Below are positions 1 to 16,346 of a stretch of 64,000 nucleotides of DNA, piece after piece. A model generated the notes under the pieces. The model saw only the letters and a list, made by a program, of their open reading frames with translations. It was not told the DNA's origin and did not search any database. Position 1 is the stretch's first letter. Each line of letters opens with the position of its first letter. The stretch spans positions 32,550,001 to 32,614,000 of the forward strand of contig OX597830.1 in the NCBI GenBank assembly GCA_951406725.2, in the 5' to 3' direction. The translations under genes were made by a program, and so were the position numbers. Origin of the DNA: Octopus vulgaris. Lineage: Eukaryota.

Positions 1-94
1 GGTTAAGAAGCATGCTTTGCAACCACACAAATTTCAGGTTCAGTCCCACTGCGTGGAACCGGTGGTTAATTGTGTGGAAAGCTGTCTCATATTC

Positions 95-512
95 TTTCAT
101 TCTTTTATTTTTTTTAAGTCATTTAATTTTGGCCATGCTGGAGCAGCACCTTGAAGAGTTTTAGTTGAACAAATCAACCCCAGGACTTATTTTTAAGCCT
201 AGTACATATTTTCTTGGTGTCTTTTGCCAAACCACTAAGTTAAAGGACATAAACACACCAGCACCAGTTACCAAGCAGTGAGAGAAGGGGGATAAGTACA
301 GACACAAAGGCCCAAGCATAGATACATACATATACATATATATATTTATATGACAGGCATCTTTCAGTTTCCATCAAATCTACTCACAAGGCTATAGTAG
401 TCAGCCCCGAGGCTAGAATAGAAGACATTCGACCAAGGTGCCATGAAGTGGGACTGAACCCTCAACCATGTGGTTGGAAAGCAAGCTTCTTACCACACAA
501 GCACACCTGTGC
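95..512 (-). mobile_element. tRNA-derived SINE family A, diverged copy (a second head fragment lies at 1-60 on +)
   Basis: Colinear with the intact copies at 13705-14128 and 50367-50780 (ggccatgctggagc, ctttcagtttcc, gtgggactgaaccc), with many CpG>TpG changes. Confidence 0.8.
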
Positions 513-537
513 CTATATATGTATATATATATATATG

Positions 538-582
<45 letters not shown>

Positions 583-586
<4 letters not shown>

Positions 587-695
587 CATTGCCAGATAAG
601 ACTGGAGCCTGGTGCAGCCTTCTGGCTTCCCAGATCCCAGAACCGTCCAACCCATGCTAGCATGGAGAATGGACGTTAAACGATGGTGATGATGA

Positions 696-700
<5 letters not shown>
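583..700 (+). mobile_element. 3' end of RTE-type tailed repeat family E with (GAT)n tail
   Basis: gaaacattgccagat...ccgtccaacccatgctagcatggagaatggacgttaaacgatg(gat)n; inverse copy at 55628-55770. Confidence 0.7.
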
Positions 701-737
<37 letters not shown>

Positions 738-739
738 AT

Positions 740-1190
740 ATATGCATATATACATACATATATGTACATACCTACATATATATGTATATATACATGCACT
801 TATGGATACAGGACATCAAAAAAATGTGAACAAAATGAGAAACGAGACAGGCAACATAAAGAACATTCCCTTCATCAGTTGTCCCCTGTTTCATCTACTC
901 TGCATTTTGAAGGTAGGGACACGGTGCGACTTCATTAAAACTCCTCCCTGCAAAGCAAATTAAATAAAATTTGGGATTTTTTGCAGATGGTTAGAAATTT
1001 ACAAAAAAAAACAAAACAAAACAAAAGACGAAGACAGCTGTATAAAGAACAAGCAGGTGTATTAGTCTGATACCCGGGAAGGTGAGAAAGTCTTTTACAT
1101 TTAAAGAAAGTCTTTTCACATTTTGAGCAGATGCTCATCAACAGAAAGAAGCATGAGGAAATAAACAGAGAGAGAATTTTTAAAAAAATA
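740..1190 (-). mobile_element. Non-coding interspersed repeat (family G) with a decayed hammerhead-like motif, possibly PLE-derived
   Basis: Shares blocks with 2140-2680 and, inverted, 5440-5610. Minus strand 1111-1149 reads UCUUU CUGUUGA U GAGC AUCU GCUC AAAAUGU G AAAAGA. Confidence 0.45.
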
Positions 1191-1203
1191 CATATGTACA
1201 TAC

Positions 1204-1265
<62 letters not shown>

Positions 1266-1671
1266 GGAATCTCCTGTCAAAGACACCCTATGAGTGTTCA
1301 GCAAAAAACAACTGAATAAGAAATATGTGTGTGTGTTTGTGATTTCACTCCAAGCCACCATTTGACAACTAATGTTGTCTGTATAACTTAGTGATTTGGC
1401 AAAAGAGATTGATCGAAGAAGTACCAGATTTACAAATAGGAAAATACTGGTATCAATTTACGTCACTAAAACAAGTTCAAGAAGATGCATTAGTATGGCC
1501 ACACTTTATTGACTGCCACAAGTAAAAGATAAAACGGCCAGTGCTTGAAGAGTGTCTCATAATGATGGAACATAGTATAAATGTAACTAGTACAGAAACC
1601 AGAATATTTATCAATGAAAAGTCTTGTAAATTATACACAAAATGTGCCCCATCATTATTAGAGACCTTCTG

Positions 1672-1891
1672 AAGGTGGTGAGCTGGCAGGATCATTAGCA
1701 TGCTGGATGATATGCTTAGCAGTATTTCACCCATCTTTACATTCTGAGTTCAAATTCAGCCGAGGTCGACTTTGATTTTCATTCATTTGGGGTCGTTTCA
1801 TTAAGTGCCAGTAAATCACTGGGATCAATGTAAATTTCTAGTCCCTGCTCTACAAATTCCAGGTCTTGTGCTTATAGTAGAAAGGATTATT
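1672..1891 (+). mobile_element. tRNA-derived SINE family B (tail variant 2)
   Basis: ggtgagctggcag A-box, gagttcaaattc B-box, gaggtcgactttg core, tail tagtagaaaggattatt. Confidence 0.8.
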
Positions 1892-2139
1892 AGACACCTT
1901 GTGTATATTTTGAACTACATCAGATAATTTTTCATTTTCAAGGCAGCAATGAGGGATTTGTGAAGGATTTTCATTTCTCCCTAATGTATATCCTGAACCT
2001 AACTTAGAAATCAATATTGAAATGCATGGGAAAAAAAAAACGATAATTGCCATAATTGTATTTTAACAGTAATGCCTTTTTTGAAGTTATTTTTCATTTT
2101 CTGTTTATATATATATATATATATAGGAGATAAATAAAA

Positions 2140-2680
2140 ATATATGCATACATACAAACATATATGTACGTACCTACATCTACATGTATATATACATGCA
2201 TATATAAATAATTATACGGGAGTACAGGACATCACAATAAGATGTAGAAACGGAAAAAACCAAAAAACAAAAAACAAGAAAACGGAAAACGAAAAACAAG
2301 AAAACGAAAAAAAATACAGGACGAGCTACACAAGGACAAAACCCCCGTCATCAGCTGTCGCTAGAGGAGTCAGGCATGTTTCGAAGGCAAGACAGAACAC
2401 TAATCCAATAGGCCTTCCTGCGAGAGAATTAAAATAAAATTCCAAGCAGTGGGGCAAAATGAGTACGAACACAAACAAGACGTAACAATAAAACTGCAAA
2501 ATTAAAATACATGTACAAAAACAAACACACAAGAGGACGAACGAAAAAGCCTTTTTTCTGGCATAGACAAACAATAAAACTGCAAAAATAAAAATACATT
2601 CAGATAGATGATAGAAAGAAAACAAGTACGGGTCATCTGGAGTTTTCTTTCCTCAGTCGAGTTCCAGATTATCTTTGCAA
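2140..2680 (-). mobile_element. Non-coding interspersed repeat related to 740-1190
   Basis: Shared catatatgtacgtacctacat...gtacaggacatca and tcatcagctgtc blocks. Confidence 0.45.
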
Positions 2681-2810
2681 CACACACACATACACACACA
2701 CACACACACATATATATACATACATATATATATATGCAAACATACATACATATATATACATATATTCATACATACATACATACACACATATATACATATA
2801 TATATATATA

Positions 2811-3815
<1,005 letters not shown>

Positions 3816-4559
3816 CATATAAATGTATATGACTACCTGCATGTGAGCATCAATATGTGTATGTGTTTGCATGTTTAGTATATATGTACATACAAACAAG
3901 CACAAACACATACATACATACATACATACATACATAAATACATGCATACATACATGCATACAGAAAGACATATATACACATGCACACATACACACATACA
4001 TACAGACTGACAGACAGACATGCATACATACAGACATAGCTTTAAATTCTGTATATCTATACATAGAAACAGAAACATATGTAATATCAGGTTCGATAAT
4101 TTATATGTCTATATTTGGACAAACAACTGCACAGACTTACATAAACTTACTAAAACACATACATAAAATAAACCACAAAGATTGATACAACAGAACATTT
4201 TATTTAGTATTGCCTCAGTTTACTAGACTTTTGGGACTAGATAATATATCATATATGATGAATATCAACTGTGATGGAGACTGGTGTCATAGCCAGGAGG
4301 GGGAAGATAACTATTTATTTTATGATATACTGAACTCTGTGGATATCAAGCATTGATAGCTCTCTCAGGGTGCAGTTGTCATTTACATTTTTGCATTGAA
4401 TACACTTATGAACAGGTATGGATGTGTGGTAAGAAGTTTGCTTGCCATCCACATGGTTTCAGGTTCAGTCCCACTGTGTGGTACCTTGGGTTAACATCCT
4501 TGATTATAGCCCCAGATCAACCAAAACCTTGGCAGTGGATTTGGTCATACATACATATA

Positions 4560-4905
4560 TCATCATCATCATCATCGTCATTTAATATCTGCCTCCCATG
4601 TTGGCATGGGTTGGACGATTTGACTGAGGACTGGCAAGCTAGGGGGCTGCACCAAGCCCCAATCTGATCTGTCAAGGTTTCTACAGTTGGATGCTCTTCC
4701 TAATACCAACCACTCTAACAATGAAGTGTTTGCTTTTTACATGCTACCAGCATGGGGGCCAGTCAGGCAGCACTGGTATCGACCATACTCGAATGGTGCT
4801 TTTTATGTGCCACTGGCACAGATGCCAGTCAGGGGGCACTGGCACTGACCATGACTACAATTTCACTTGACTCAACAGGTCTTCTCAAGCACAGCATATT
4901 GCCTG
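4560..4905 (-). mobile_element. Family E (RTE-type tail) repeat
   Basis: (CAT)n then ccatgttggcatgggttggacg...ggatgctcttcctaataccaaccactct; colinear with 55628-56040. Confidence 0.7.
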
Positions 4906-6342
4906 GCATGTGTGTGTGTGTGTGTGTGCATGTGCTTGGTGTGTGTATGTCTGTGTGTGTATGTGTTTGCATGTATGTGCATGTGTTTGGTGTGTGTGTG
5001 TATGTGTATGCATGCATGTGCATGTGTTTGGTGTGTATGTGTGAATTAAGTATCGTTTACTTGTTTCAGTTACTGGACTGTGGCCATGCTGGATCACTGC
5101 CTTCAAGGTTTTTTTTAAGAGATTCCATTACTCGTGTTTTTTCTGTCAGTGTGTGTGTGTTTATATATCTCTGAGTCTTTGTTTGTCCCCCACCCCATCT
5201 TCACAACCGGTGTTGGTGTGTTTACATCCTGTAACTTAGTGGGTCTGTAAAAGAGAGCCATGGAATAACTACAAAGCTTTAAAAAATATAAGTACTACAG
5301 GTGATTTGTTCACCTAAAATTCTTCAAGGTGATGCCCCAGCTTGGCCACAGTCTATTGACTGAAACAAGTAAAAGATATAAAATGTATTCAACGTGATGC
5401 AATTCAACATGTAGCACTGTTAATTCATACAGGGTTTTTACTCTCCATTTTGTTTCCTTCTCTCCCTCTCTTTTATCTCCTCATTCCTTTCTGTAAAAGA
5501 GCATAGGTCTGAAACATCAAAGGTTTCTTCCATTTTTCTTGAGCGTCAAACTAATACATCCTGTTTGTTGTTCTTTCATTTGTGTTTGTTTTTTGTAGAG
5601 TTTTTGTATATTTTTAAACCATGTTTATGTGTGTGTGTGTGTGTGTGTGTGTTAACCACTTGACAATCAATGTTGGTTTGTTTACTTCTCTATAACCTAG
5701 CAGTTCAGCAAAAGAGACCCATTGAAGAAGTACCTGACATGTAAAACACATGTAATGGGACCTATTAAAAAAACCCTGAAAGGTAGTGATCCAGCATGGC
5801 CACAGCCCAGTAATTGAAACAAGTAAAAGATAACTGATTCACACACACACACACACCAAACACACACACAGATGCACACCAAACACGTGCACACAAACTC
5901 ATACACCAAACACATGCACACACACACACACACACCAAGCACATGCATACACACACACTACAGTTGTAAGGCACATATATGGTTGCTTTTACCTCGAGAT
6001 GCAATTAGCAACAGTACGTCCCAAACTTCAGGTCATGGGAACCAACAGAACTCAATAGTTGTACCCACATGTGCACTCTACCCAAACTTCTGACCGGAAG
6101 GAACCACACCCCTAAAATGATCCCTTCAACATGTCTGTCACGCTTGATGTGCTGCCAAAGAAGAAGGCTGTTTGAACACCCATTTCTTGATGTGACATCA
6201 CTTCTGGTCCTGTCATCACTTTTCCATCTCACCTCTCTTCATTCCCCCAAACACAGATATACGCACATGTTTACATGTATACTATATCTTGCATACACAC
6301 TACACACACACACACACACACATACAGATGCTAGGAATGGTA

Positions 6343-7254
6343 GAGGGTAGGGGCAGAGAAGATGGACGATTTTTTTAAAATTCACAAAATCATTAATTTT
6401 AGCTGTAAACAACTTTTATGGACATTAATGTTTTCAAATTGAATTAGCATTTGTCAAAATCAAGTGTGGAAAACAACATCCATCATGTGTTGTCCATTTT
6501 GATTGATGCATTTTCTGGAGGTTTTCTGTAAGTTGGCCTCCACTCTCTCCAGCATTGCTCTGTCGATTTGGGTGACATTGCTCTCTCGGATATTCAAGAG
6601 CCCAATAACGACAGTCCTGTTGATTCACCATGCCATTGGGATGAAAATGAAGTTCATCACACATTAACAAAATGAGGTTGTCATTTGCCTCAAAAATCCC
6701 TTCCATCTGACGTGCGAAGTTAAGCTGCTGTACATAGTCCCATGATTTCAACTGTTGCCCAATGACCAATTTGTATGGGTGAAAATGCAGGTATTCATGC
6801 AAAATGCTTCTTATAGATCAATTACTGATGCCAAGTTTAGTGGAATGTCTTTGAGCAGAACGATTTGGACTCTGTATTAAAGCTTCTCTGACGTGTTCCA
6901 CATTTTCCAGGGTCAGTACCATTCATGCCCTCTACCATCGATCTCCTATTCATTAGTGTACCTCGTGTATGAAGTGCATTCACCTAACATAAGATTATGT
7001 TATGGATAGGAACAGCCTGGTTTCAGTGAATGTTGAAGAGGTACCAAAACTCATGCTGAACTGCTGTGACAGACTCGTTATTCTTCACATAACTGTCATA
7101 GGCAAACACATGATGCTCTGGCTTCACCTGAAAAGAGAAAAAGTACTAAGACACCACAGACCGAATTGTACCTGCCAGACATATGTCACCCCCACCACTA
7201 CTGGCGCTGAGTAATAGCCATTTCAAAAATGTCCATCTCCTCTGTCCCACCCTG
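6343..7254 (-). mobile_element. Internally deleted Tc1/mariner transposon, rosa/DD41D-like, pseudogenised
   Basis: Degenerate TIRs (ta)gagggtaggggcagagaagatggacg and tgtccatctcctctgtcccaccctg(ca); ORF 6434-6802 LHFHPYKL...CDELHFHPNGMVNQQDCRYW matches the FSDEAHFHLNG.VN.QNCRIW motif. Confidence 0.85.
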
Positions 7255-7699
7255 CACATATGCCCTCGAATGTACCTGCTTCCTAAAGAAAGTCAGCTAG
7301 CCTTGGGGCATAAATCCACTCACCAATAAACTCCATCCTATAAGTCTGCAAGAACCTCAAACCCTTTAGAGGACAATATGGCCCCTGCTATACAAAATGT
7401 CACAAATGGTTGATCGCAGTGGGAAGACTTTTGACCTAAGTTTATGAAAAATTGTGGGTTTCAGTCAATGCACCAGTCTGGGGTCTAGAAAGGGGGTTCC
7501 TGTGAATCCTTGCTGGACTTCTCCTTAGAACTCACCTCAACACATAAAAAAACAAAGAAAAAAACAAAGTATCATAATCCTCTTTGTTCAAAAGTCTTGG
7601 TCCATATTGTCAAATTGCTCTTAGAGGCCTTGGAATTAACCATAATGCTTGCTTGCTAGTTCAGTGCTGACCTGGGGTTAAGCAACACTATCTGTTCCT

Positions 7700-8640
7700 C
7701 CACCACCACGTTGTCGTCGTTGGCATCATCATCGTTGTTGCCATCACCATCATCATCCTCATCATCACCTTCGTTACCTCGTTGTTGTCATCAACATTGT
7801 CGTTGTCATTGTCATCATCATCATCATCATCATCATCATAAACAGCAACTGTAGCATTGTAGACATCATTAACATTATTAGCAGAATCTTTATAACCATC
7901 AGCATCCTGGCTGTGGTTACTACTGCCATCATCAATGCCACCATCATCATTATCACCAGCAGCAGCAGCAGCAGCACCACCACCACCACCACCACCACCA
8001 CCATCATCATCATCAGGAATCATTAATATTATAATCGTTATGAATACTGTGGTCGTCATCACCACCACCACCACCACCGCCACCACCATCATCGTCATCA
8101 TTGTCGTCGCCATCGTTGTCATCATCATCATCATCATCATCATCGTTGACGTCGTTGTCATCATCATCATCATCATCATTTCATTATCATCATCATCACC
8201 ACCATCATCATCGTTGCTATCATCGTCGTTGTCGTTGTCATGATTATCATCATCATCAGCAGCAGCAGTAGCAACATCATTGTCCTCATATCGCCCTCTT
8301 CATCATCATTATCATTATCATCATCATCGTCATCATCATCATCATCATCATTGTCGTTGTCGTTGTCATGATAATCATCATCATCATCGTCATCATCATC
8401 ATCATCATCATCGTCACCGTCATCATCATCATCATCGTCATTGTCGTCGTCATTATCATCATCATCATCATCCTCATCGTTGTCGTTGTCATGATTATCA
8501 TCATCATCATCAGCAGCAGCATCATTGTCCTCATATCGCCCTCTTCATCATCATTATCATCATCACCATCATAAGCAGCTGTAGTTGAAAGTAATTGCAC
8601 CATCACTAACTACAGCGACATCAACATCAATATGAACCAC
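7700..8640. repeat. Compound trinucleotide tract (CAT/CAC/CAG/CGT)n with an internal duplication of period about 250 bp
   Basis: attgtcctcatatcgccctcttcatcatcattatcat occurs at about 8279 and 8524. Confidence 0.9.
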
Positions 8641-8706
8641 AATCAATACAAAACTTTGGTATCGATTCATTACACAAAATTATAGGTTTCATAGCTTAGA
8701 AATCAC

Positions 8707-10560
<1,854 letters not shown>

Positions 10561-11027
10561 TTCATTTTTTGCTGCAATGAGTTAAAATAAACGATGTAGT
10601 CAATCATTTAACCAACAGAAAACATCACTAATTATAAATAATAATAAAAACAAAAAAAAACAAAAAGAAAACAAAAAAAAAGCACCGTGACTCTGGTGAA
10701 CTAAAATCCTCCAATCTTTATTTCTTTCCAGTTGTGAATAAGTTAACCCACAAACAATATACAGAGAATGGAGATGCTCAGAGACATAAAAGACAAATAA
10801 TTGGATTTGGCACCAGTTCTTTTAATATGCTATTTACCAAACTAATGAGAGAACCTTTATATGGTCATTTCACCTGCTAGATACAACAGCTAAAATCCTT
10901 CAAATCACATTCTATTCTCTTCGGGAAAGGTAAAGAAACCTTGGATAATGAAATTCTTCTTGCCTCTTCTGTGTCAGTACCCCTGGTTTTGACCCTTGTA
11001 GGTTTTTTTTCTATGTATTCCACTGTG

Positions 11028-11366
11028 AAGGCTTAGTGGTTAGGGTATTTAGTGGCTTAGTGGTTAGAGTATTTAGCTCACGATCATAAGGTGGTCGTGA
11101 GTTCAATTCCTGGGGATGCATTGTGTCCTTGAGCAAGTCACTTTGTTTCATGTTGCTCCAGTCCCCTCAGCTGACAAAATGCATAGTACCTGTATTTCAA
11201 GGGACCAGTCTCAACACACTTTTGCCATCCTAAATCTCCCTGAGAACTACGTTAAGGGTACATGTGTCTGTGGAGTGCTCAGCCACTTGCACCTTAATAA
11301 ATGAGCAAGCTGTTCCGTTGGTTGGATCAATTGGAACCCACATCGTCATAACCGATAGAGTGCCAG
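11028..11366 (+). mobile_element. tRNA-derived SINE family F (A-box segment duplicated)
   Basis: ggcttagtggttag twice, gagttcaattcc B-box, gtgtccttgagcaag...ttgctccagtc central domain; second copy at 40645-40900. Confidence 0.8.
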
Positions 11367-11394
11367 TTTACTACACCACTATCTTGAAGGCACC

Positions 11395-13330
11395 AAAGTG
11401 GCACGCCAGCTTAGCTCCTCTCCTCTTCTCTCATCTTTGATTTTAAGGACCATGTACCTGCTTCCATATACCCTGCTTATGTCAAGGACCTTTACATCTA
11501 CATATCAGACAGCAACCCGTATGAAAACATCGTTCATTTTCACCAAAGAACAGGCATGTCATACTTATCTGTATCCTTTTTAGGTAGGGCCAATGACAGC
11601 ACTGCACCGTCTTTTGAAATATGTGTTTCATACTCTTTCTTTCCCTTGAGGTAATGTTGAATACTTTGTTTTGGCTTGCAATGCTAGCCAACAATGAGCT
11701 GTTGTCTTTTTTCATAGTGTTTCTTTTGTTACTGTCCTTTAAAATTGTGCTCTTGCCACTTTTTCTTTTATGCTTCCTAAATTCTAAATGTTTGTGTCAA
11801 TAACTTCACCTCTGTATTTGTTGTCTTTTCTTTCCTTTCTTATATTCACACGGTTACCAGGAGCTGTATAAGCTGGTGGTTTGTGGGTCGAAGAACAGGA
11901 CCCGCATGCCAGGTCGAGCGTGCTGCCCAACCACGTTGGGCCGATGTTATACCTTCCCTGGGGTGGATAAAGGGTCATCTCCACTCCAGGTAATTGAGTG
12001 GCCCCCTCGACTTGACTAAAATCTACACGAGTTCCTGTCGGATCCAACTACATCATGTCTGAAAAAAACTGGAAAAGTGTTTTCATTGCTGCCACCAGTT
12101 TGGTTTGTCCTTCCAACTACTTTTACGAAGATGGGTAATGTTGAACCACTAACAGACAAAGCAAAATGTATATTTGCAAAAATATGTGTTCACAATATAA
12201 TTTCTAACCACAAACTACATCTGTTTTATGAAAAGACAGAAGTGTGACACTCTCCACCATGCCCATTCTTGAGTAAATTCATTGAGCATGGAGAGACTCC
12301 ATATTTCACATTTTCACTTTCGCCTAGAGTTGACTCATGTCTTTTACCTCTTTTGGCTCGCAATACTGGTGAAATACAAGCTACTGTGCTAATACTTTAG
12401 CTATTGTCGTTTGATTTTGCGTTTTTTAACACTTGTTTGATTTTATGTTTCGCAAGTTATAGCTGTTTGTGTTTATAACTATGTCCGTTTGTCATTTTTT
12501 TGCTTTGTTTTGAAGCTATATCTGCAATCATTGGGTGAGGATGTATTCATTGTAGGCACAACTGTGCTTAGCATCTTCTCTTCCTGCTGCAAAGGTAATA
12601 GTCATTTCTTTTGTTGGAGATTTTCTAGCTTTCTCCAAACACCAATCATTATTTATCATCGCAAGCAGCCCCACGCTTGCCCTATTAAAAAGGAAGACAC
12701 ATTCAATTTGAAGATCGTCGCCACCCTCTATTACGGGTGAAACTTAGGACAAAACGATTTTGCTTTTTGCTCCTCTGTTCATTCACGAAGCTGCAAGTAG
12801 CGATGCTCTGGATACAGCAGTAACAGCACTTTTGAACCTACCATTGCAGTTGCTGTCCACAACATTCCCTTTTCATTTGTCTTTCTCTCTGTCTTCGGAC
12901 AGAAGGCCTATAAATAACCCTTACTGTCAGACATATAGTGACTGAGCCCTCTGCCCTACGACACCACTATAATTGACCTGGTGTTTGCTCAATCGATTGA
13001 GTTTAGCTCCTGGGCTGCCTTGTGGTTTTCTGATGTGGGTAACTTCTCACCTTCTAGATATGTACAGTTTTGCGTAAAATTCACACCAAGTAAGGCTCTG
13101 ATGTTTGTATCAATATCTCTGGCAGTAATTCTGGTGTTTTTAAGTCCTATACATAGTAGAGCAAGTCTGTGAGCCGACGTGGTCTGTACCGATTTCACCT
13201 GATCTTTGCATGTTTTCGGATCCCTTACCACATTCAATAGATCACACATCTGCACAACAGCCAATACTTCCTCTAACTCTTCTTTTCGTACGTTTTTTTT
13301 TTTAAAGAAAAAATAAAACAGAAACACTAC
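11395..13330 (-). pseudogene. Heavily decayed non-LTR retrotransposon 5' half (ORF1-like plus possible start of an AP-endonuclease), perhaps Tx1/L1-like
   Basis: Non-repetitive coding-like minus-strand segments (ORF 12989-13327; VDVKVLDISRVYGSRYMVLKIKDE near 11420-11500); many stops and frameshifts, no clean motif. Confidence 0.3.
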
Positions 13331-13704
13331 ACCTTCCTTTTTCCTCCCTGGGATAAATTCGTAAGATAATGAATCACCTTTTTTTGTAAGGTACCTCTTC
13401 TAGTGTTTACTTTTTATAGCTTTTTTTTTTTAGCCAATTCAAATCGAATTGATATCTCTTTTTCACAACATTATGCGATAAAATGTCGCTCTTTTTTCGG
13501 TAATGGATTTTAAAATTTTCTTTCTAAAATATATATATTTTTTTAGTTTTGTCATCTATTATGCATGTGGTGTTTAAGTTTTCTGCATGTTTGATCAATT
13601 GTTTGGGGGCGTGTTTCTTTATCGTAGAACCCTCCCCCCACTTCTGTTACTTCCCAGACAGCCACGTGCCAGTACGTAAACATAACAAATTTAAAACATT
13701 TAGA

Positions 13705-14128
13705 ACTCTTTACTCTTTTACTCTTTTACTTGTTTCAGTCATTTAACTGCGGCCATGCTGGAGCACCGCCTTTAGTCGATCAAATCGACCCCGGGACTTA
13801 TTCTTTTTGTAAGCCCAGTACTTATTCTATCGGTCTCTTTTGCCGAACCGCTAAGTGACGGGGACGTAAACACACCAGCATCGGTTGTCAAGCAATGCTA
13901 GGGGGATAAACACAGACACACAAACACATACACACACATATATATATATATATATACATATATACGACAGGCTTCTTTCAGTTTCCGTCTACCAAATCCA
14001 CTCACAAGGCATTGGTCGGCCCGGGGCTATAGCAGAAGACACTTGCCCAAGATGCCACGCAGTGGGACTGAACCCGGAGCCAAGTGGTTGGTTAGCAAGC
14101 TACTTACCACGCAGCCACTCCTGCGCCT
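13705..14128 (-). mobile_element. Full-length young SINE family A
   Basis: Head aggcgcaggagtggctgcgtggtaag...gggttcagtccc, internal (TA)/(TG) tract, CR1-like tail ggcggtgctccagcatggccgcag...tgaaacaagtaaaagag; near-identical to 50367-50780. Confidence 0.9.
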
Positions 14129-14543
14129 TATTTTTTTTTTCTTTAATTTATGGCAGACCTTTATCTCAGATAATGCTGTAGATGTTCAATAGTTCCGAAT
14201 TGCTTTATTGGTATAATGAACGAGAAAAACAAAAGGTTCTTTACCGATGTTCATCTCAGAAGGACATCTTCTGCGCAGTGAACTTTAAAAATGTGACCAT
14301 TCACAACAAACAACAAAAACAATAACAGCAACTATAATAAGCTTTTCCTTGTATGACTACAAAGGTGGCCAATGTAGCACCACTTTTATGCAGTTTACTA
14401 AGATGTCATATTAGTAGTTTAATAACATGTCGATCCTTGACTATTTACAGCGGGCAATTTTTTCATTAATTTTTAGAGTGCTGAAACGTGGTTAAGTTAA
14501 GGATAGATAACCCCGGCTTGCAGTTAATATTCGTTCCAACTGC

Positions 14544-14746
14544 TTGGCACCAGGCCAGCAATTTTGGGGGAGGGGGTAAGTCGATTACATCGACTCCAGT
14601 ACTCAACTGGTACTTGTTTTACTGAACTCCGAAAGGATAAAAAGCGACGTTAGACTCTTCAGAACTTGAACTCAGAATGTAAAGACGGACGAAATGCTGC
14701 TAAGCATTTTGTCCGACGTGGTAACGATTCTGCCAGCTCACCGCCA
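14544..14746 (-). mobile_element. SINE family B
   Basis: Reverse complement of ggcggtgagctggcagaatcgtt...gagttcaagttc...tcgactta. Confidence 0.8.
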
Positions 14747-15360
14747 TGAGCCTGCGGTTAATATTAACCTACGTAAAATGTAACTTATGACCTGATGAAT
14801 GCATGGTCAATTTTCGAGGCTTATCTTATGAAAAAAAAAAAAAAAAAGAAAAAGCATCTTCGATATTGGAAACTGTCCAAGAATTTATTTTTTCAGAAGT
14901 ACGAAGAATTCGAATAATTAAATTCAGTCATGTAAATAGACAAAAATCATTGGATTGGCAGAATTGTAGAACGGTTGGACAATGTTATGTGTTCCAATTA
15001 CTTATGTTCTAATTTGAAATCCTGTCAAAGATTTTCTTTCTGCTTTCCTTCCTTTCGGGGGTCGATAAATTGAAGTACTACTCGTCTAGAACGGTGTATT
15101 AGCCGAATTGTAAGAGCATTGGACAAAAAACGTTGTGTGGTATTTGTTCCGGATCTAAGTTCGTTCGTTACGATACCAGTATAAAACTGTATCGATATTG
15201 TTCTCCCCATTGGATGACGTGGGTAGCATGGAGATGGAGCACTTGCTGCATCAGAAGCTGCCAGTCTTTTATTAAAAAGAAAAACGTTCACCCGAGGCTA
15301 CACCGCGAAGAAGCACTTACCATGAGTTGATACATGGTCCAGATGGTCAGTGGACCATGC

Positions 15361-15391
<31 letters not shown>

Positions 15392-15461
15392 TGTATGTAT
15401 GTATGTATGTATGTACGTATGTATGTATGTATGTATACAAATACATACAGAATCGTTAACA

Positions 15462-15633
15462 CGCCAGACGAAATGCCTAGAGCATTTCAGCCATCTTTAC
15501 GTTCTGTGTTCAAATGCTGTTGAGGTCGACTCTGCCTTTTATCTTTTAGGGGTCGGTGAAATAATTAACAGTCGAGCACTGGGCCTAGCCACCTCCTCAA
15601 GAATTTCAGGCCTTGAACCTACAAAAGAAAGGA
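15462..15633 (+). mobile_element. SINE family B, diverged
   Basis: cgccagacgaaatgc...gttcaaatgctgttgaggtcgactctgcc...ttcaggccttg. Confidence 0.7.
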
Positions 15634-16167
15634 TGTGTGTGTGTGTGTGTGGGAGGGGGGGGGGCTGGTCAAGTTTTCATTTGAGGTTCAGTAATATCAA
15701 AGGATGAGAGATATTTTCTTCTGGATAGGATGTTAGTCTCCATCAGGTAACTTTTCCATGAAAGGAAATTAAATTCCGTACTACAAGCCATTAGAAATAT
15801 TTATCAGTTTTACAGCACGAAGTCCTGCACGCTATGATAGAATATCCCCCATCATAGTACCTGCTTACAAACGAACCAATGCGGAAGCCTTTGCGTGATC
15901 GTTCAGCCGGCTAGAAAAAGCAGCGAAACCTCACTTGCATCATACTCTGATTTCTTACAATCCTAAAAGAAAACGAGGGATACACGAAATAAAGTAATCG
16001 TAGATACAACATGCCTGAAACAGAACAGTTAATGCTGGAAAGTTTTTGGTCATAACCAGGGTTTACTAATGGGCTAAATAACAATTACAGCTTGTACTAT
16101 ATTTAAGAGATGAGGAATTATGTACATTATTTACATTTAACGGATATTTGTCCTCATCTTGTTTGTT

Positions 16168-16213
16168 AACACAACGTTTCGGCTGATATACTCTCCAGCC
16201 TTCATCAGGTGTC
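16168..16213 (-). ncRNA. Minimal type I hammerhead ribozyme motif, intact core
   Basis: GACAC CUGAUGA A GGCUG gagaguauau CAGCC GAAA CG UU GUGUU: stem I GACAC/GUGUU, stem II GGCUG/CAGCC, self-complementary ACGU stem III, GUU cleavage triplet. Confidence 0.8.
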
Positions 16214-16303
16214 TTGGGGGAAATTTCAAACCGGGATTCTCATTCCTGGGTTCTCATCGAAAAATACCTAAGGAATGAGAACCCAGGTTCGAAATTTCCC
16301 CAA

Positions 16304-16346
16304 GACACCTGATGAAGGCTGGCGGGTATATCAGCCGAAACTTGTT
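16304..16346 (+). ncRNA. Hammerhead motif, mirror copy with stem III and stem I damaged
   Basis: GACAC CUGAUGA A GGCUG...CAGCC GAAA C UUGUU (3 nt missing compared with the minus-strand copy). Confidence 0.55.
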
